This document shows, in pieces, positions 18,023 through 34,615 of a DNA stretch of 64,000 nt. The stretch comes from the human T2T-CHM13v2.0 reference genome, Homo sapiens. The notes beneath the pieces are model-generated. The model was not told where the DNA came from. It searched no databases and was given only the letters and a program-made list of their open reading frames with translations. The translations under genes were made by a program, and so were the position numbers. Position 1 is the first letter of the stretch. The number at the start of each line of letters is the position of its first letter. Where the stretch lies: assembly GCF_009914755.1 (NCBI RefSeq), contig NC_060925.1; one strand, 5' to 3'.

Positions 18023-20113
18023 CATGAGTGTCTAGGCATGGCTCCGGAACAGAGCACACCCCAGCCTCGATTATTTTCCTGCAAACACAGAATATTTTGC
18101 CTAAACAAGGAACCTGGGGTTCTGCCACCCTGATTTGCATTCAGTTAAAAGAGCTAATCCTTTACTTGCTACTGGAAGAAATGCTGCCCATCTCTAAAAC
18201 AATCAGACATGATCTCTCTGATAGAGTAGTACACTCTCCAGGCCCAGGCTGGAGCTGTAGATCACAGGCAACCGATGAAATTTGCTTAATTATTTGATTC
18301 AATCAGAAGTTGGCTTAATTATTTTCTTGCTCTCACCTCTTTTGAATCCATTCTGGAAACTGATTATGTCTGTAACACCAACCCAGAGATAAGCATTTCA
18401 ATTGGGAAATGTAATTAGCCAAGGAAAATGAATGTGGGAGCTGCCTTTTGTCAAAGCACCATTAAAACCCAGCTCTGGTCAATACCAATGTGGTGTGAAG
18501 ACAAAAGGCTCAGTTTGCTCCTCTTGTGACTGGAGAGGGAAGGCCCAGCAGGAGGTGGGAAAATAGGTATCTTGGGATCTTAGCAAAAGGAAGCTCATTA
18601 ATTCATTCATTCAGAGGCTTTTCTAGGCCAGCTCTGGGATGGATGCTAGAGATGCAAAGGTGCACTGGCCACGTCCCTTGCCTCGAAAGAGTTCTCTTCT
18701 TAGAGGAGGGATTCACACGTAATTATGTGGTCAAAGTGCTACGGGAATACAGAGGAAGGAGCCACTGATTCTGCCTCTGGGAACTTCACAGAGCAGGTTA
18801 CGTTGAGCTGGGCTTTGAAGAATAAGCTGGAGTCTCCCAGGTGAGGAGGGCATTCTAGGTAAAGGGCACAGCACGTGCAAGGGCATGGTGGCGTGAGAGT
18901 ACAGGAGTACTTGTTAGGGGTCCACTAGAGCAAGCCTGCTGAGGGCTTCTTGGGTTATCCTAGCTCCTCCTAGAATAAAGTGTCCTTGGGCCATCCCACC
19001 TCAACTTTTCAGTGCCTGGGGATCCTGCCTCGCCTCCCACTTTGCCCTCTAGATGGCATTATTAAGGATTCTCTCCCAGTGTTTGTTTTAATGGAAGTCG
19101 AAGGCGTGTGGCATTTGAGGGAGACTGCGCCATCTGAAAGCCGGGGGCTGGGTTCAAGGCACCTGAGAACAACAGATGCACATGGTAGAGCTGAAGAATG
19201 AGAGGGTGCTCGGGGCAGAAGGTCCATCCTGGGCTGAGGCTCAGCGGTACGGCATGCTGAGCTGAGTGTGGCTGTGGCATGAAATGAAAGGTGAGGCTTT
19301 CATCTGAGTGAGCTGCCCAGCTGGGCATGGGCTGGATCACAAAGGGCCATTTACAGGCCATTGCAGACCAGCTCCTTGGCCTTGGCCTCTATGATGGGGG
19401 ACTCTCTTAACACTGCTCCGACTGTAGCCCCTCTCCTGCAAGTCTTCACTTCTTCAAAAGAGGTCAGTGCTCAGAGCAGTGGTCTCTGGTTTGCTTGGAT
19501 CTCTGCCTAAGGCAGAGCTTGTCTGGAATGCAGTGAGGTGGAGAGGTTATCTGACCAGGTGGCTCCTGCACCTGGGGAAAGGGAAAGGGAGGGAGGACCA
19601 CCACGACCACGGTCTCCAGGGCCATGGCAAGGTAGACCCACCAAACCTCTGCCCAACTCGTTCCTATTTACCTTAACCCTTAGCCATCCTTACAAGGAAG
19701 AATTCAGCCAAGAGTGACCAGGCACTAATAGAAGCTGCCAGGCCCTGCCTCCCTCTGAGACACACAGCCACTGACTACCAGATCCCATCCAATGTCATCC
19801 ATGTACACACACTTCGTAATGGGGTGTGGTGACCAGCATGTGTGCATTTTATACCCTGCTTTTTTGCTTGGTAGGATCTTGAAGCCTCATCATCTGCCTT
19901 CCCCAGGTGGGCCCCATCTCACCTGTGAGGCCGCTGGTGTGGGGAGAGAGCACAAGTACAGTAGGCATTCGGGCCATGGTTCCTGCTTATTTGCTGTGCA
20001 GCTTTGGACAAGCTTCTTAGCTTTCTGAGCCTCAGTTTTGTCATCTGGAAATGGAGATAATATAACCACCTACACTGCAGTATAATTATGAAGATTAAGA
20101 GTATAAAATTCTC

Positions 20114-20408
20114 AGCCAGGCATGATGGCTCACGTCTGTAATCCCATCACTGCGGGAGGCCAAGGTGGGAGGATCACTTAAGTTCAGGAGTGTGAGACCA
20201 ACCTGGGCAATACAGTGAGACCTCATCTCTATTAAAAAAAAAAAAAAAAAGCCAACTGCGGTGGCATGTGTCTGTACTCCTAGCTATTCAGGAGGTTGAG
20301 GTGTGAGGATGGCTTGAACCTGGGAAGTGGAGGTTGCAGTGAGCTGAAAGTGCGCCACTGCATTCCAGCTTGGTTGACAGAGCAAGACCCTGTTTCCAAA
20401 AAAAAAAG
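20114..20408 (+). mobile_element. Alu (AluJ-type), adjacent to MIR-like sequence
   Basis: Sense dimer; TSD taaaattct. Confidence 0.92.
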
Positions 20409-21794
20409 TAAAATTCTTGGTTTAGGTTTTGGCATGAAGGCTGTATTAGACACATAACCATGATGATCATGGAGGCTGCTAGACCCAGCTCAGATTACTA
20501 CCCAGTGGACTAGCTGGATGACCTTAGGCACTAGTCATTTAAATTCCTCCTCTGTGAACCGGGTTTAACAACACTGCTCAGGGTGGGGATAAGGAACAAA
20601 CAGACTAAGTCCTGCCTGTGGATAGACTTTGGAAATGGATACTTCATGTCCTTGTCGTAGTCCAGGGCACTGGTGGTATTTCCTCTGCCAGGTGATTTGA
20701 GAACTCCTCACGGGTCCCCAGTGAGAGGCGGTGAGCGACTGTGTGAAGGAATGAGACAGCATGGGAGGTGGAGGAGGTTGGTGTCTGCACCCACCCTGCC
20801 CGAGAACGGGACAGTGGGGGATACGTGCAGGACAAAATGGCCTTGGCCCCGACTCCAGGCTCCAGAGGCTGGGGGTGAGCATTCTCTACCCCCATCCCAA
20901 AGCTATGGCAGAGGAACCCTGCAGCAAAAGGACACGGAGTGCCCATGGTATTCTGTGTGAAAGTCACTGAGGCCAGAGACAGCTCTTCACATCCTGTGTT
21001 GCTCAGGCCTTCCCCACCCTGTCCCCCTGTGGGGTCTCAGCCCCAGTTCTGGGCAGGGAGTGTGGGATGCTTAGGAGCGGGGTACAGGCTGAGCCTCAGC
21101 CACCCTCACGGGAATCCATCCTGGGCCCCTGGCCCTGGCCAGACAAGCTGGCAGATTGCCCAGCCACATCCAAAGGCAATGCATGCTCTGAGCACAGAGC
21201 CTGGCCGAGGACACCAGAGAGCAGGAGAGCGTGGGGGCCGTGCAGACACATGACAAGGCTTTGATAACACAGTCTACCTGCCATGTCTGAAAAATCAGGC
21301 GTGCGTCTTCCTGGCAGGGAATGCAGTTTCCTGTTAATGAGTTGTGAGAGGTTGGAACAAGTTATCAGAGAGAGGCTGGGAGGACTGCTTCCCGGGGCAG
21401 CTTCCAGGAGATGGAAGCCAGGCCCCAGCCTCCTCCCTTTGGGCGGCTCAGCTATTTGAGGAGCATCTCTCAAAGGGCTGAACTAAAGCCTGGAGTGAGA
21501 GTCCCCAGCCTAGGCCAGGACCTGCTGGTGGATCTTGAGCCCCTGCTGCGAGCTTCTCCGGGCCTTAGCTGCTGCACTCCCCTGCCTCAGCAGGGACTGG
21601 CCGGAGTCCCCTCCCCTCTGCAACCTCGGGTTCTCAGAGGGACCAAAGCCAGTAACCCCATGACAGACGGATCTCTGTGGTTCCTCGCTGCTTGCAAAGC
21701 ACTCACACTTGTCATCGTATTAGGCACTCACAACAATCTGTTTGAGAGAAACAGGCTCAGGGAGGTGAAGTGCTCAAGGTCATTCTGCCTGGTG

Positions 21795-22140
21795 GGTCTG
21801 TTTAGGGTAATGCTGGCTGCTGTGACAGATAAACCCAGAGACTTCAGTGCTTGGAGACAACAGACATTTCTTTCTTGCTCATGTAAAGTCATATTGATGG
21901 TGGGGAGAGCTCTGTTCCCTCTGATGACTCAGGCACTCAGGGTGATGGAGGCGCCATCATCTTCAGGTTGTAACACCCAAGATTGCCTCGGCCTTGGAAT
22001 ATCCATGAATGGTTTTTATGGGCCAGGCCTCAAAGTGGTGTATGGAGCCTATGCCCACACCCCATTGGGTCCTGCGGCTCCACCTAGATGCAGAAAGGCT
22101 GGGAAACGCAGTGCCTGCCTGGGCGGCTATTTCCCTTCAA
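21795..22140 (-). mobile_element. Probable old MaLR LTR (MLT1-type)
   Basis: tttagggtaatgctggctgctgtgacagataaacccagagacttcagtgcttg resembles an MLT1 end. Confidence 0.55.
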
Positions 22141-22803
22141 CGGCTCTGTCTAAGGAAGGGGAACTGGTGCAGAATCGTTGCTGGCACAGTAGAGGATATT
22201 ACCCTCAAATAAAGGCTGGGGACCCCTAGTGAGAGTTTGGTCACCTAGGCGTCAACAAGTGCCCAGTGTGGTCTGAGACCTGGAAGAAGACTCGCTGTGT
22301 GGCTCTGACCCCAGAAGGATTCTGGATCTCCAAATGCTGTTCCAGCCTTCTCGGCAGCCTCTTGCCCCTTCGTTAGCTTCTAATGTACATGGTTTGCTCA
22401 TGGCCCAGCCCTGAGACACCCCTCTGTGGCTCCTCATGGCCCTCAACATAGAGACCAAACCCCTTGGCCTGCATTTGAAGTCTTTCCCAGGATGGCTCCA
22501 GCTGACTGGCCACATTGCTCCCCTTATTCCCTCCCCCGAAACCTATGCTCCTCCCTGACCAGCTTCCTACCTCAGGGCCTTTGCACATGCTGTGCTCTCT
22601 GCCTGGAATGTCCCCCCTGTTGCTCTCCACCCTGCGGGTTCCTGCTCTTCCTTCCCGATCCATCACAGGTCCATGAGGCTTCCTGAGCAGAGTTAGCCAC
22701 TCGGCCAGCATTTATTGAGAGCTTACTGTGTACCAGGCACTGCAATAAAAGCTTCCCAGGAATTAACTCATTGAGCTCCCAAGCCTACAAGGCAGGCGTC
22801 CCA

Positions 22804-23149
<346 letters not shown>

Positions 23150-24373
23150 AGGCATCCCATTTTCTAGATGAGGAACCCAGGTCTGTGAGGAGTGTGTGTG
23201 AGGTCACACAGCTGCAGAGTGGCAAAGTCAAATTCCAAACCCAGGTCCCCGTGGCTCACAGCCAGGCCTTAACAGCTGCATAAACTTCCACCTATTCTTA
23301 GCACCTGTCACAAGGCTTCATAATCATTCATTTACTTGCTGTTTTGCTGGGAAATTGCTTACTGTCTTTCTGAGAAAGCAGCTGCAGCCTCCGTAAGGAC
23401 AGAGGTCAGGCCTGATGCATCCTAGAATCTTCCTCACCACTGTCCCCACCAGCACCAAGGCCAAGGTCTGGGTGGTGATTTCCTCTCAGATAAATCCCTT
23501 ACCCTTTGAGAACCAGAAAGAGAAATTCCTCAGATTATGGTCTGTCATAATCCCCTCCCTGCTTCCCTGTCAGTTTTTGACAGTTACCCTGAAACCGTTT
23601 TAAAATGATCTCAGAGGCAGAGACTGGCCTTCTCCACGCATGATTAAGCACGATGGCTTTTTAATGATTTGAGCTGTGCCTTCTGTGAATTGACAAAAAT
23701 GGATTACCATATATTTCTGAAAGCCACACTGCCAAAATCAGATTTTTTTTTTTTTTAGTTTTCTCAGCCATCCTCGAAAACCTTAGCTGAGAATGACAAA
23801 TACTAGGGGCTTTAATTGTTCAGTCACATGAGGGTGGTGCCTCCTGAGTTCTGAGAACTGCTCTCGCCAGGAAAGCCTTGAAATGCTCCTGGGCTTCGAT
23901 CTTTAGGAAATTGAACTGTGTGTTTTCTCTGAAGCGGAGAGCTGTCTCCTGGGCCGTGGCACGTTTGCTGCATTTGTGAATTGTTTGGGCACTGAGGTCT
24001 GAAACAGAGGCAGTTCTTGCCCCAGAAGCATGCTCAGGGCTGTCACGACTGGATGAGGCCTGGCTTGGCTGTGGGTGGGTGGACAGGGCAAGCGGGGAGG
24101 GGGTTCTCCCTGTGTGGGCACTTCCTCCTCCTTTTCACTCTCCTGCCAGACTCTGTGCATGGAGTCCTGCACCCTTCACCTGATTCAGGCCACCCACATC
24201 TGCGACAGGGTTATTGCTAGTACCTTGGACAGATGCAGACTCGCTGCTGGCTCAGAGAGGTTAAGTCATTTGGCTGTGGTCACAGGCTGGTAAGCCACAG
24301 AGCCAAGGCACATGGTTTGACCACAAGCCTGTGCTTCCCCCACAATCGCTGCTGCTTTAAAAAAATCAAATGA

Positions 24374-24675
24374 GGCCAGGCCTGGTGGCTCATGCCTGTA
24401 ATCCCAGCACTTTGGGAGGTCGAGGTGGACAGACCGCCTGAGCCCAGGAGTTTGAGACCAGCCTGGGCAACATGGCGAAACCCCGTCTGTACAAAAAAAT
24501 TAGCCAGGCGTGGTGGCATGCTCATGTAGTCCAGCTACTCAGGAGGCTGAGGTGGGAGGATCACGTGAGCCCAGGGAAGTCAAGGCTGCAGTGAGCTGTG
24601 ATCGTGCCACTGCACTGCAGCTTGGACAACAGAGTGAGACCCTGACTCAAAAAATAACAATAATCATCATCATCG

Positions 24676-24709
<34 letters not shown>
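24374..24709 (+). mobile_element. Alu (AluJ-type) with (ATC)n tail
   Basis: Sense dimer; tail ~24663-24708; atcaaatgag on both sides. Confidence 0.93.
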
Positions 24710-24710
<1 letters not shown>

Positions 24711-27102
24711 TGAGAGGCAACTCATAGGTATCCTCTGTAGTCCATTTACATTTAAGGAAAACAAACCTCATTGTGTATCCACTAGCATCAGTGGCTTCAG
24801 TCGTCTACATTATCTGCATTTCACAGAGGAGGATGTTGAGGCTCATGAGATAAGGTAGCTGACCAGAAGTCACACAGCTAGTAATAGGACAATTATGATT
24901 TTATTCTAAGTCTACCTGATTCCAAAGTTTCTGCCCTACTCTGTCCTTTGTAGGAATCTGTCTCAGGCTCCTTCCTCCCTCTCTAACACAGGTAAGTCTG
25001 GCAAGGGGAAGCCTGAGTGGCTTCTGTGAGGTTCTGGAAGGGGCCTGTGGACCAAAGAAAAGGGAGGCCCTTGGTCTATAGGAGTGTGGGCTGGTCTCCT
25101 CTTTACTGATGCTGGGAGTAAACCAGATGGATTCGTCATGGCCTGATGGAGAGAAGGCCACCTGTCTGGCCTGTGGTCATGTGTGCTCTCGGCTCCTGCT
25201 CTGTTCTATGTCAGGGTTAATTTACTATATATTTACTCCAAACCTACCATGCACCTGGCATCACACTAGGCTCTTTGGTGGCTCCAAAGATGCATCTGGC
25301 AGGATCTCTTCCTTCCAGGGCTACCATCTGTCAGAGAAAAAGACCAACTCAGACCCTCCTATGAGTGAGCCTGGGCCAGGGGATCAGTGGTGGGGCCCAG
25401 AATGGTGTAGGTAAGAAGAGCCATCCCTCGAGGGCATCTGGGGGGGCTCCTGCAGAGGGTGCCCAGGCTCCTAGGGAGAGGCGGCAGCTCTCTGCAAGGT
25501 AGTGCCTGCTGCAGGGGGGCCTTGCTCCAGCCCAGAGGTGGGAGATAGGGTCAGGCTAAGCCACAGGCCTTCAGGAGGTAGCCTGTGGTCTCAAAGCCAA
25601 GAGTACTTCCCTGGGACCTTCTTGGACCCTCCAAACCAGGCCCAGTCTCCCAAGTTGTGCAGGAATGGAATGGCACAGCAGTGAAGGGCAGAGCAACCAG
25701 GGAAGATGGCCAGAGTTGAGTCCTGGCTCCCTGTTCATCAGCCCTGGGAGGTTTAGATGATTCTCTAAGCCTCAGTTTCCCCATCTGTAAAACAGGGGCA
25801 GGAATTGCACCCTCCTCCTCAGGTGTTGTGAGACTTAAAAGAGGTGCTGTCTGTGGTGCGCTCAGCAACATGGTGTCGGCCTTCACGCAGGTTTGCGTCT
25901 GCGGCGTCCGGCATTTTGCATGATCTCTAGCCCTCAGGATGGTTTGCAAGGTGGAGGTCTTGCTCCCACTGTGGAGGATGAGGAAACTGAGGCAGCTAGT
26001 AAGTGGTGGATCCAAGCGTGGGTTTCCAGGACTCAACCCATTCTGCTGGCCCACTGCCTGCAGCTAAGCTATCCCAGCAACTACAAAGACCCTCCCTGGG
26101 GCTCAGCTCCCTACCAGGCTCTCCTGGCACTGCCTCTGCTATCTCTTAATGTTTTACAGGGGTGAATGGGACCTCTTTGATTTCCTTTCTTTTCTCCTTT
26201 CCAATAATCATCATTAATCTTGTTATCAGAGCCATGCATCTGCACCTCTTGGCTGTGGTCCACAGGCCGTGTTTGCCATGATCAATGCATAGCTCTGTGT
26301 GGCCACAATGTATACCCAAGACAGCACTGCAACCCTGTGTCCGTGGGCCTGGGAGGCTCTGGCACTGTCAAAGACAGCTGGAGGCTCCCCCAGGAGCTGA
26401 GGTGAGGCACCTGGCTCACATGCCCTGTGGTCTTGTTGAATTCTTGTTCCTGGACTGGTAAACAGCTACCCCCACAGCTGGGGAGCATCTCCACTTGCCT
26501 TCACAGGGTCTCAAAGCACAGACCCAGGTGCTCCTGCCCCCGTCCTCCTCATCCGTAAGTGCCTAGAGGACAATTCACCAAACCAAGATGGGTAGCTCTG
26601 GAGTCCCGTTGGGCCCAGCCACTCATCATACAGCAGCCAGTCAGATCCAGTTCCTAAGCCATCCAGACCCCCTTTCTTGAAGCCCCAGGGCCATGTGTGA
26701 TCTGGCCTCCACCCCCTCACTGCCCACTACTTTCCCCCTTTCCCGCTGCACACAACCTTTATCTTGGGATTTTCAATGTGCTGTGCATTCTGCCCGCCGT
26801 GCCCTTGGCCCCTTTCTCCTGGGCCTCCTTCAAGCCTCTGCCCGAACGCTGCCCATCTCCTGGCTGTGCTCCCCCGCCACACCTAAATGGAGCTCCTCCT
26901 TAGCCACTCTGTTTTTCTGCATCACACACGTTACATTTAGATGTGCCTCTGTGTGTCTTTCCCCTCATTCCACTAGGCTCCAGTGCCAGGCACACCCCGA
27001 GTACCCAAAAAATACATTTGGGATGAATGAATGAATGAATCTTGAACAAGTGACTTAATTCCTCTAAGCCTCAATCTTCGTCTGTAAGAGGGGGACAATG
27101 AG

Positions 27103-27434
27103 TTTTTATTTTGTTTATTTATTTATTTATTATTTTTATTTTTATTTTTTTTTGAGACGGAGTCTTTCTCTGTCGCCCAGGCTGGAGTGCAGTGGTGTGA
27201 TCTTGGCTTGCTGCAAGCTCCGCCTCCCGTGCTCACGCCATTCTCCTGCCTCTGCCTCCTGAGTAGCTGGGACTACAGGCGCCCGCCACCACGCCCGGCT
27301 AATTTTTTATATTTTTAGTAGAGATGGGGTTTCACCGTGTTAGCCAGGATGGTCTTGATCTCCTGACCTCGTGATCCGCCCACCTCGGCCTCCCAAGGTG
27401 CTGGGATTACAGGCGTGAGCCACTGCGCCCAGCC
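27103..27434 (-). mobile_element. Alu (AluY-type)
   Basis: Diagnostic tgcaagctccgcctcc, cacgccattctcc, ccgtgttagccaggatgg; CpG-rich. Confidence 0.93.
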
Positions 27435-27437
27435 GAG

Positions 27438-27792
<355 letters not shown>

Positions 27793-28466
27793 TGAAACAA
27801 ACAGCACAGTGCCAGGCAAAAAAGGATTGTTCTTAACTTCTGATAAGGAAGGGTTGGCTGGCATTTAGAATTCCACATTCCACAAGAAGCTTTTGTGGGG
27901 GTGTCCACCCTGGGCTAGGATCTCAGAGCCTCATGGAGTCAGTGTCTGGCTCCCAGCACCTCACACCACAGAGGAATTGCCTCTGGCCAGGGCACTGGCT
28001 GTCTAGGTGGCCTCCTCACATAGAGGCAGTGCAGGGAGGGTGTCCAATCCTTCACTCCGCAGATCCCAAAGGCACCTTGACCCTGCAGGGTCTGTGTAGG
28101 CTTAAATCAAACAGGCTTAGATCTAGCCATGAAGACACTCCCTGCCTGGAATGGACTTGAGAAAAGGACACAAATTACTGTAATAGAAGTTGAGAAACAA
28201 TGCCTTTGATATAAACGTTCAGAGGAGAAAAACCTCAGATCCACGTGGGAGAGTCAGGGATGTCTTCACGGAGGAAGAAACATTTTATCTAGAAGTTAAA
28301 GTAGACATTGGATTGAGACGTGTGGGGACATTGTGTGTTAGAAGAGGGCATGCCAGGTAGAGAAAACAGCTTGAAGAAAGGGCTGGAGGCTGGAGAGAGT
28401 GGGCCACATGGAAGCAGTAGTTTGCCTAGAATGTGGAACACATGAAAAGACGATTAAGACATAGGC

Positions 28467-28895
28467 GGCCAGTCGCGGTGGCTCACGCCTGTTATCCCAG
28501 GCCTGTCTCGTGGGAGACCGAGACAGGTGGATCACTTGAGGCCAGGAGTTTGAGACAAGCCTGGCCAACATGGCGAATCCCCACCTCTGCCAAAAACACA
28601 AAAATTAGCCGGGCATGCTGACGCATGCCTGTAATCCCAGCTACTTGGGAGGCTGAGGCAATGAGAATCACTTGAACCCAGGAGGTGGAGATTGCAGTGA
28701 GCAGAGATCACACCACTGCACTCCATCCTGTGTGACAGAGCGAGACTGTGTCTCAAAATGTGTATGTATGTATGTGTATGTATATATATATGTGTGTATC
28801 TATATATGTGTATGTATATATGTGTGTATATGTGTGTATGTATGTGTGTGTATATATATGTGTATGTATATGTGTATGTATATATGTATATATAT
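28467..28895 (+). mobile_element. Alu whose tail is replaced by a (TG/TA)n compound microsatellite (28758-28895)
   Basis: gacatagg brackets the Alu plus microsatellite (28458 and 28896). Confidence 0.9.
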
Positions 28896-28916
28896 GACAT
28901 AGGACTGTAAGAACAT

Positions 28917-29355
28917 TGTATCAGTCATCTATTTCCATAATAGGGTTGTATTATAACAAAGTATTCCACAGTGAGAGGCAGACCACAGTGTTGTTTGTGA
29001 CTGCAGATAGGCTGGAATTTGGTTTATCTAGGCTGCATCTAGCTAGATCCAAGTCTGCTCTGCACATATCTCATCCTTCCTGGACCAGTGGCCATTTGAG
29101 GTTCATTCTTCTCATGGTGAAGGGTGGGAGCCTAACGGAGCAAGCCCAGCCATGCAAGCATGTTTCAGATCATGTCCTCTAATCCCTGTGGCAAGTCTCA
29201 TGGCCAAACGTAAGATCAAGGGCAGAGTTTAATTCCCCACCCACTATGAAGCCAAAGCAAGTTACATGGAAAAGCACAAGGTTAATGGGATAGGGATATT
29301 TACTCCTCCCAAGGAGGGAGAGGGAAGGAGTGAAGATTTGTTGAACAACCATCTA
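28917..29355 (-). mobile_element. MLT1-family LTR
   Basis: tgtatcagtcatctatttccataata...ttataacaaa start; gcaagtctcatggccaa...gaacaaccatctaatttccc end. Confidence 0.6.
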
Positions 29356-29757
29356 ATTTCCCCAGGCAAGTAGAGGCCAGAGTGTGAAGGGTCTCTGTGT
29401 CTGCTGTTAGGAGCTGACCAGAGCAGTAGCTGGACTTTGATGTCTGGTGGGATGAGCGGCAAAGGGCTCTGATTTTTGCCCTTCTCCCCATTGAGGCAAA
29501 AAGAGTACTGCAGTCCTATTGGGTAGTTAAAATGCCCCAGTCCCTGCCCAGCTCTGTCCTGACTTCCCCATGGCTCACACTTTCTGCTTGCCTGGCACAA
29601 AGGTAGTACCTTCTCTGCTGGGCCAATCATCTGCCAGGGCTCTTAGCTTTGCCAAGCCTGAGGGTGACTTTCTCTGCTGGAACTGAACCTTGTGATAACA
29701 GCCCCATGCATTGAGTACCTACTGGTATGCTGGGTGTGTCATATTCTCCTGTAGTGA

Positions 29758-30163
<406 letters not shown>

Positions 30164-31789
30164 CATTATCCCATTTCACTGAGGGTGCAAGAGGTCAAGT
30201 CAGTTGCCCAAGCTCACACAGCAAGGATGGATGAGGCTGAGATCAGAACCGGGTCTGTTTGGCTTCAAAGCCCACGCTGTCTTCCCTATCCAGGCCTCGC
30301 AGGAAACATAAAGTTCACGTGCTCTGGAAGGTGGCTTCTGGTCACAGCTCTGCCCTGAGTTTTGTGACTTTGGAGATATCACTCCAGAATTCTGGGCTTC
30401 AGTTTTGAGATGAAAGCAGTTCAGAGCTTGCTCTACAGCACGGTCAGAGGGAGTTTTTAAACACAGGTTTCCAGATCAGACAGCACCCTCAGCTCTTATT
30501 TAAAAACAAACATTAACATTTTACAAACACACCCTGTTTTCCAATGAGGAGCTGTGTCCAGCAGACTGCTTCAGTGAACTGTGTCCAGCCACTTGTCACA
30601 GGGAACCTTCTCCAGCCATTGGCTGCGGTAATCATTCTCCAGCCAGCTGTGGCAGCAAAGCGTGGCATCTGCTCAGGAAGGGTGGAGGAAGCCATTAGTT
30701 CCACCAGGGCCCTGACGTCTGTGGCTGCCCATTTCGCCCCCCCGACAGGGATTTCCTTGGTAGCTGGCCACTACTGTGTGTGCTGTGTCTTCTCCGAGTC
30801 CCAGGGGCCTGGTAAAGTGTTGGAGAGCCCCAAGAAAGAGCTGTTGGCATTTCCAATCGCCATTCATTCATTCATTCAACAACCACTCGTTTCTGCCTTC
30901 TCTGTGCCCAGCCTGAGGATGGATGCTGGGGCCACTGGGAAATGTTAGACCCAGCCACTGCACCCTGGGATTCACAGGCACCTATGCAGAGACATACAAT
31001 ATCGTGTACACAGTGCTGGGACAAAGTCACATGCAGCAGAGTTGGTGGGCATCAATGGGCATGGTCAGTTCTGCTTGGTGGCTCAGGAACGTCTTGGGAA
31101 AAGGCTGAATGTATGAGCCAAGGCCAGAAAGATGAGTAGGTGTTTACCGAGCCATCTCTGCAAAGGAAGGCATCCCAGGCAGAGGGACCCATATCAGCAG
31201 GCACGCCAGGGAGTCTGAGGAGCTGCTGGTGGTCTGATGTGGGTCAAGCATCACTTTGCAAAGAGAGCAGGACAAGAGGTGAGGCTGGAGAACTTGCCAC
31301 GGCTGGGACCATGGGTTCTGCACGCTGTGTCCAGGAGTTTGAACTTGGAGAACTGAGGCAGGGGTGAGGTTGAGGGCTGTTAAACAGGGCGGTGATGTGA
31401 TCATTATGCTCATCTTTCATGTATCAGCCTCCAGTAAGAGCATTCTATTGGGTTCCAGGAAGAATCCCTAAAAAATATCTTTCCTTCCAGAGGCTTCAAG
31501 AAACCTTTGCCTGGAAATATTCAGCCTCAGAGCACAGTGCTATGTCACCCAGGAAATAGCTATCATGGGAAAATTCAAGGAAAATATTCCTGCTCAAGGA
31601 AAAAAAATTAAAACACGACACACGAGAAACAGACCAGATAGAAATGGAGAGGTCCCAGTCCGTAAATGGGTTTTATGCCGCCAGAAGACCTCATCATATT
31701 AGACGATCTGGTTTTAAACAATAAACTTTGGGTAATGGGGATGTCACTTTAATTCATCTTCCTAAAAAACCCATGTGGCAAAAACATTC

Positions 31790-32625
<836 letters not shown>

Positions 32626-33309
32626 AGCAGCTGCCTTTGAAAAGATGGTCTGCCACACAGCCACATGGGTTTCTGTGGATGCTGAGAAAAACGTGTGTGT
32701 TGTTTCTTTACAGATTAAGAAAAGTCTGTGCATTGTCTCATTAAATTAAATGCAGCCATTAGTATGTGGCTCTGGGGATATTGTGGGAATAGGCTATGCC
32801 TTGGGTGATTTTTTTTCTTCTAAATGTTCTTCCTGGAGTTTGTGTTGCCAGCCTGACCATTTCTCTTTGCTAATATGATATCACATAAAAACATCATCAT
32901 CATTAATATGGCAGAGTCAGCAGGGTGGGATACAGACCGTGATCCAGGGAGGCAGGCTGGTTCCTGGCTCAGCAGCTCCTGGGGAGGAGGTTCTGGGAGC
33001 TGGAGGTTCATTTCCTTGTAGAGATTGACACGCTCTTCACAGAAAGCTTTGTGCAGGGCGAGGCTTTGGGCACATGTTGTCACTCTGGGCAGCCTGGTGG
33101 GAGGGTCTTTGTCTAGTGGTGGCAGCCCCTGGAGTAGACACTTAACCCTGCTCTGGACGTAGTCACCACAGACGCCCATGCTGTGGGCTCGTTTTGTTCA
33201 GCCGAACCCCTTACCTTTAATGCCTCCTAGGGTCAGACTGTAGCCAGGCACTGGGAGTTGTGAATGCGCCACAGCCCCCCTTGAAGCCCTCCCCATCCAG
33301 TTGGAGGGG

Positions 33310-34490
<1,181 letters not shown>

Positions 34491-34493
34491 GAC

Positions 34494-34615
34494 TTTTAGT
34501 AGAGACAGGGTTTCACTATGTTGGCCAGGCTGGTCTCAAACTCCTGACCTCATGATCCGCCTGCCTCAGCCTCCCAGAGTGCTGGGATTACAGGCGTGAG
34601 CCACTGTGCCTGGCC
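34494..34615 (-). mobile_element. Alu left-arm fragment
   Basis: Only the left monomer is present. Confidence 0.88.

Noticed and set aside
21411-22229. 272 aa ORF
   Set aside because: Runs through MIR/MLT-like sequence, has no recognisable domain, and is plausible by chance in GC-rich DNA.
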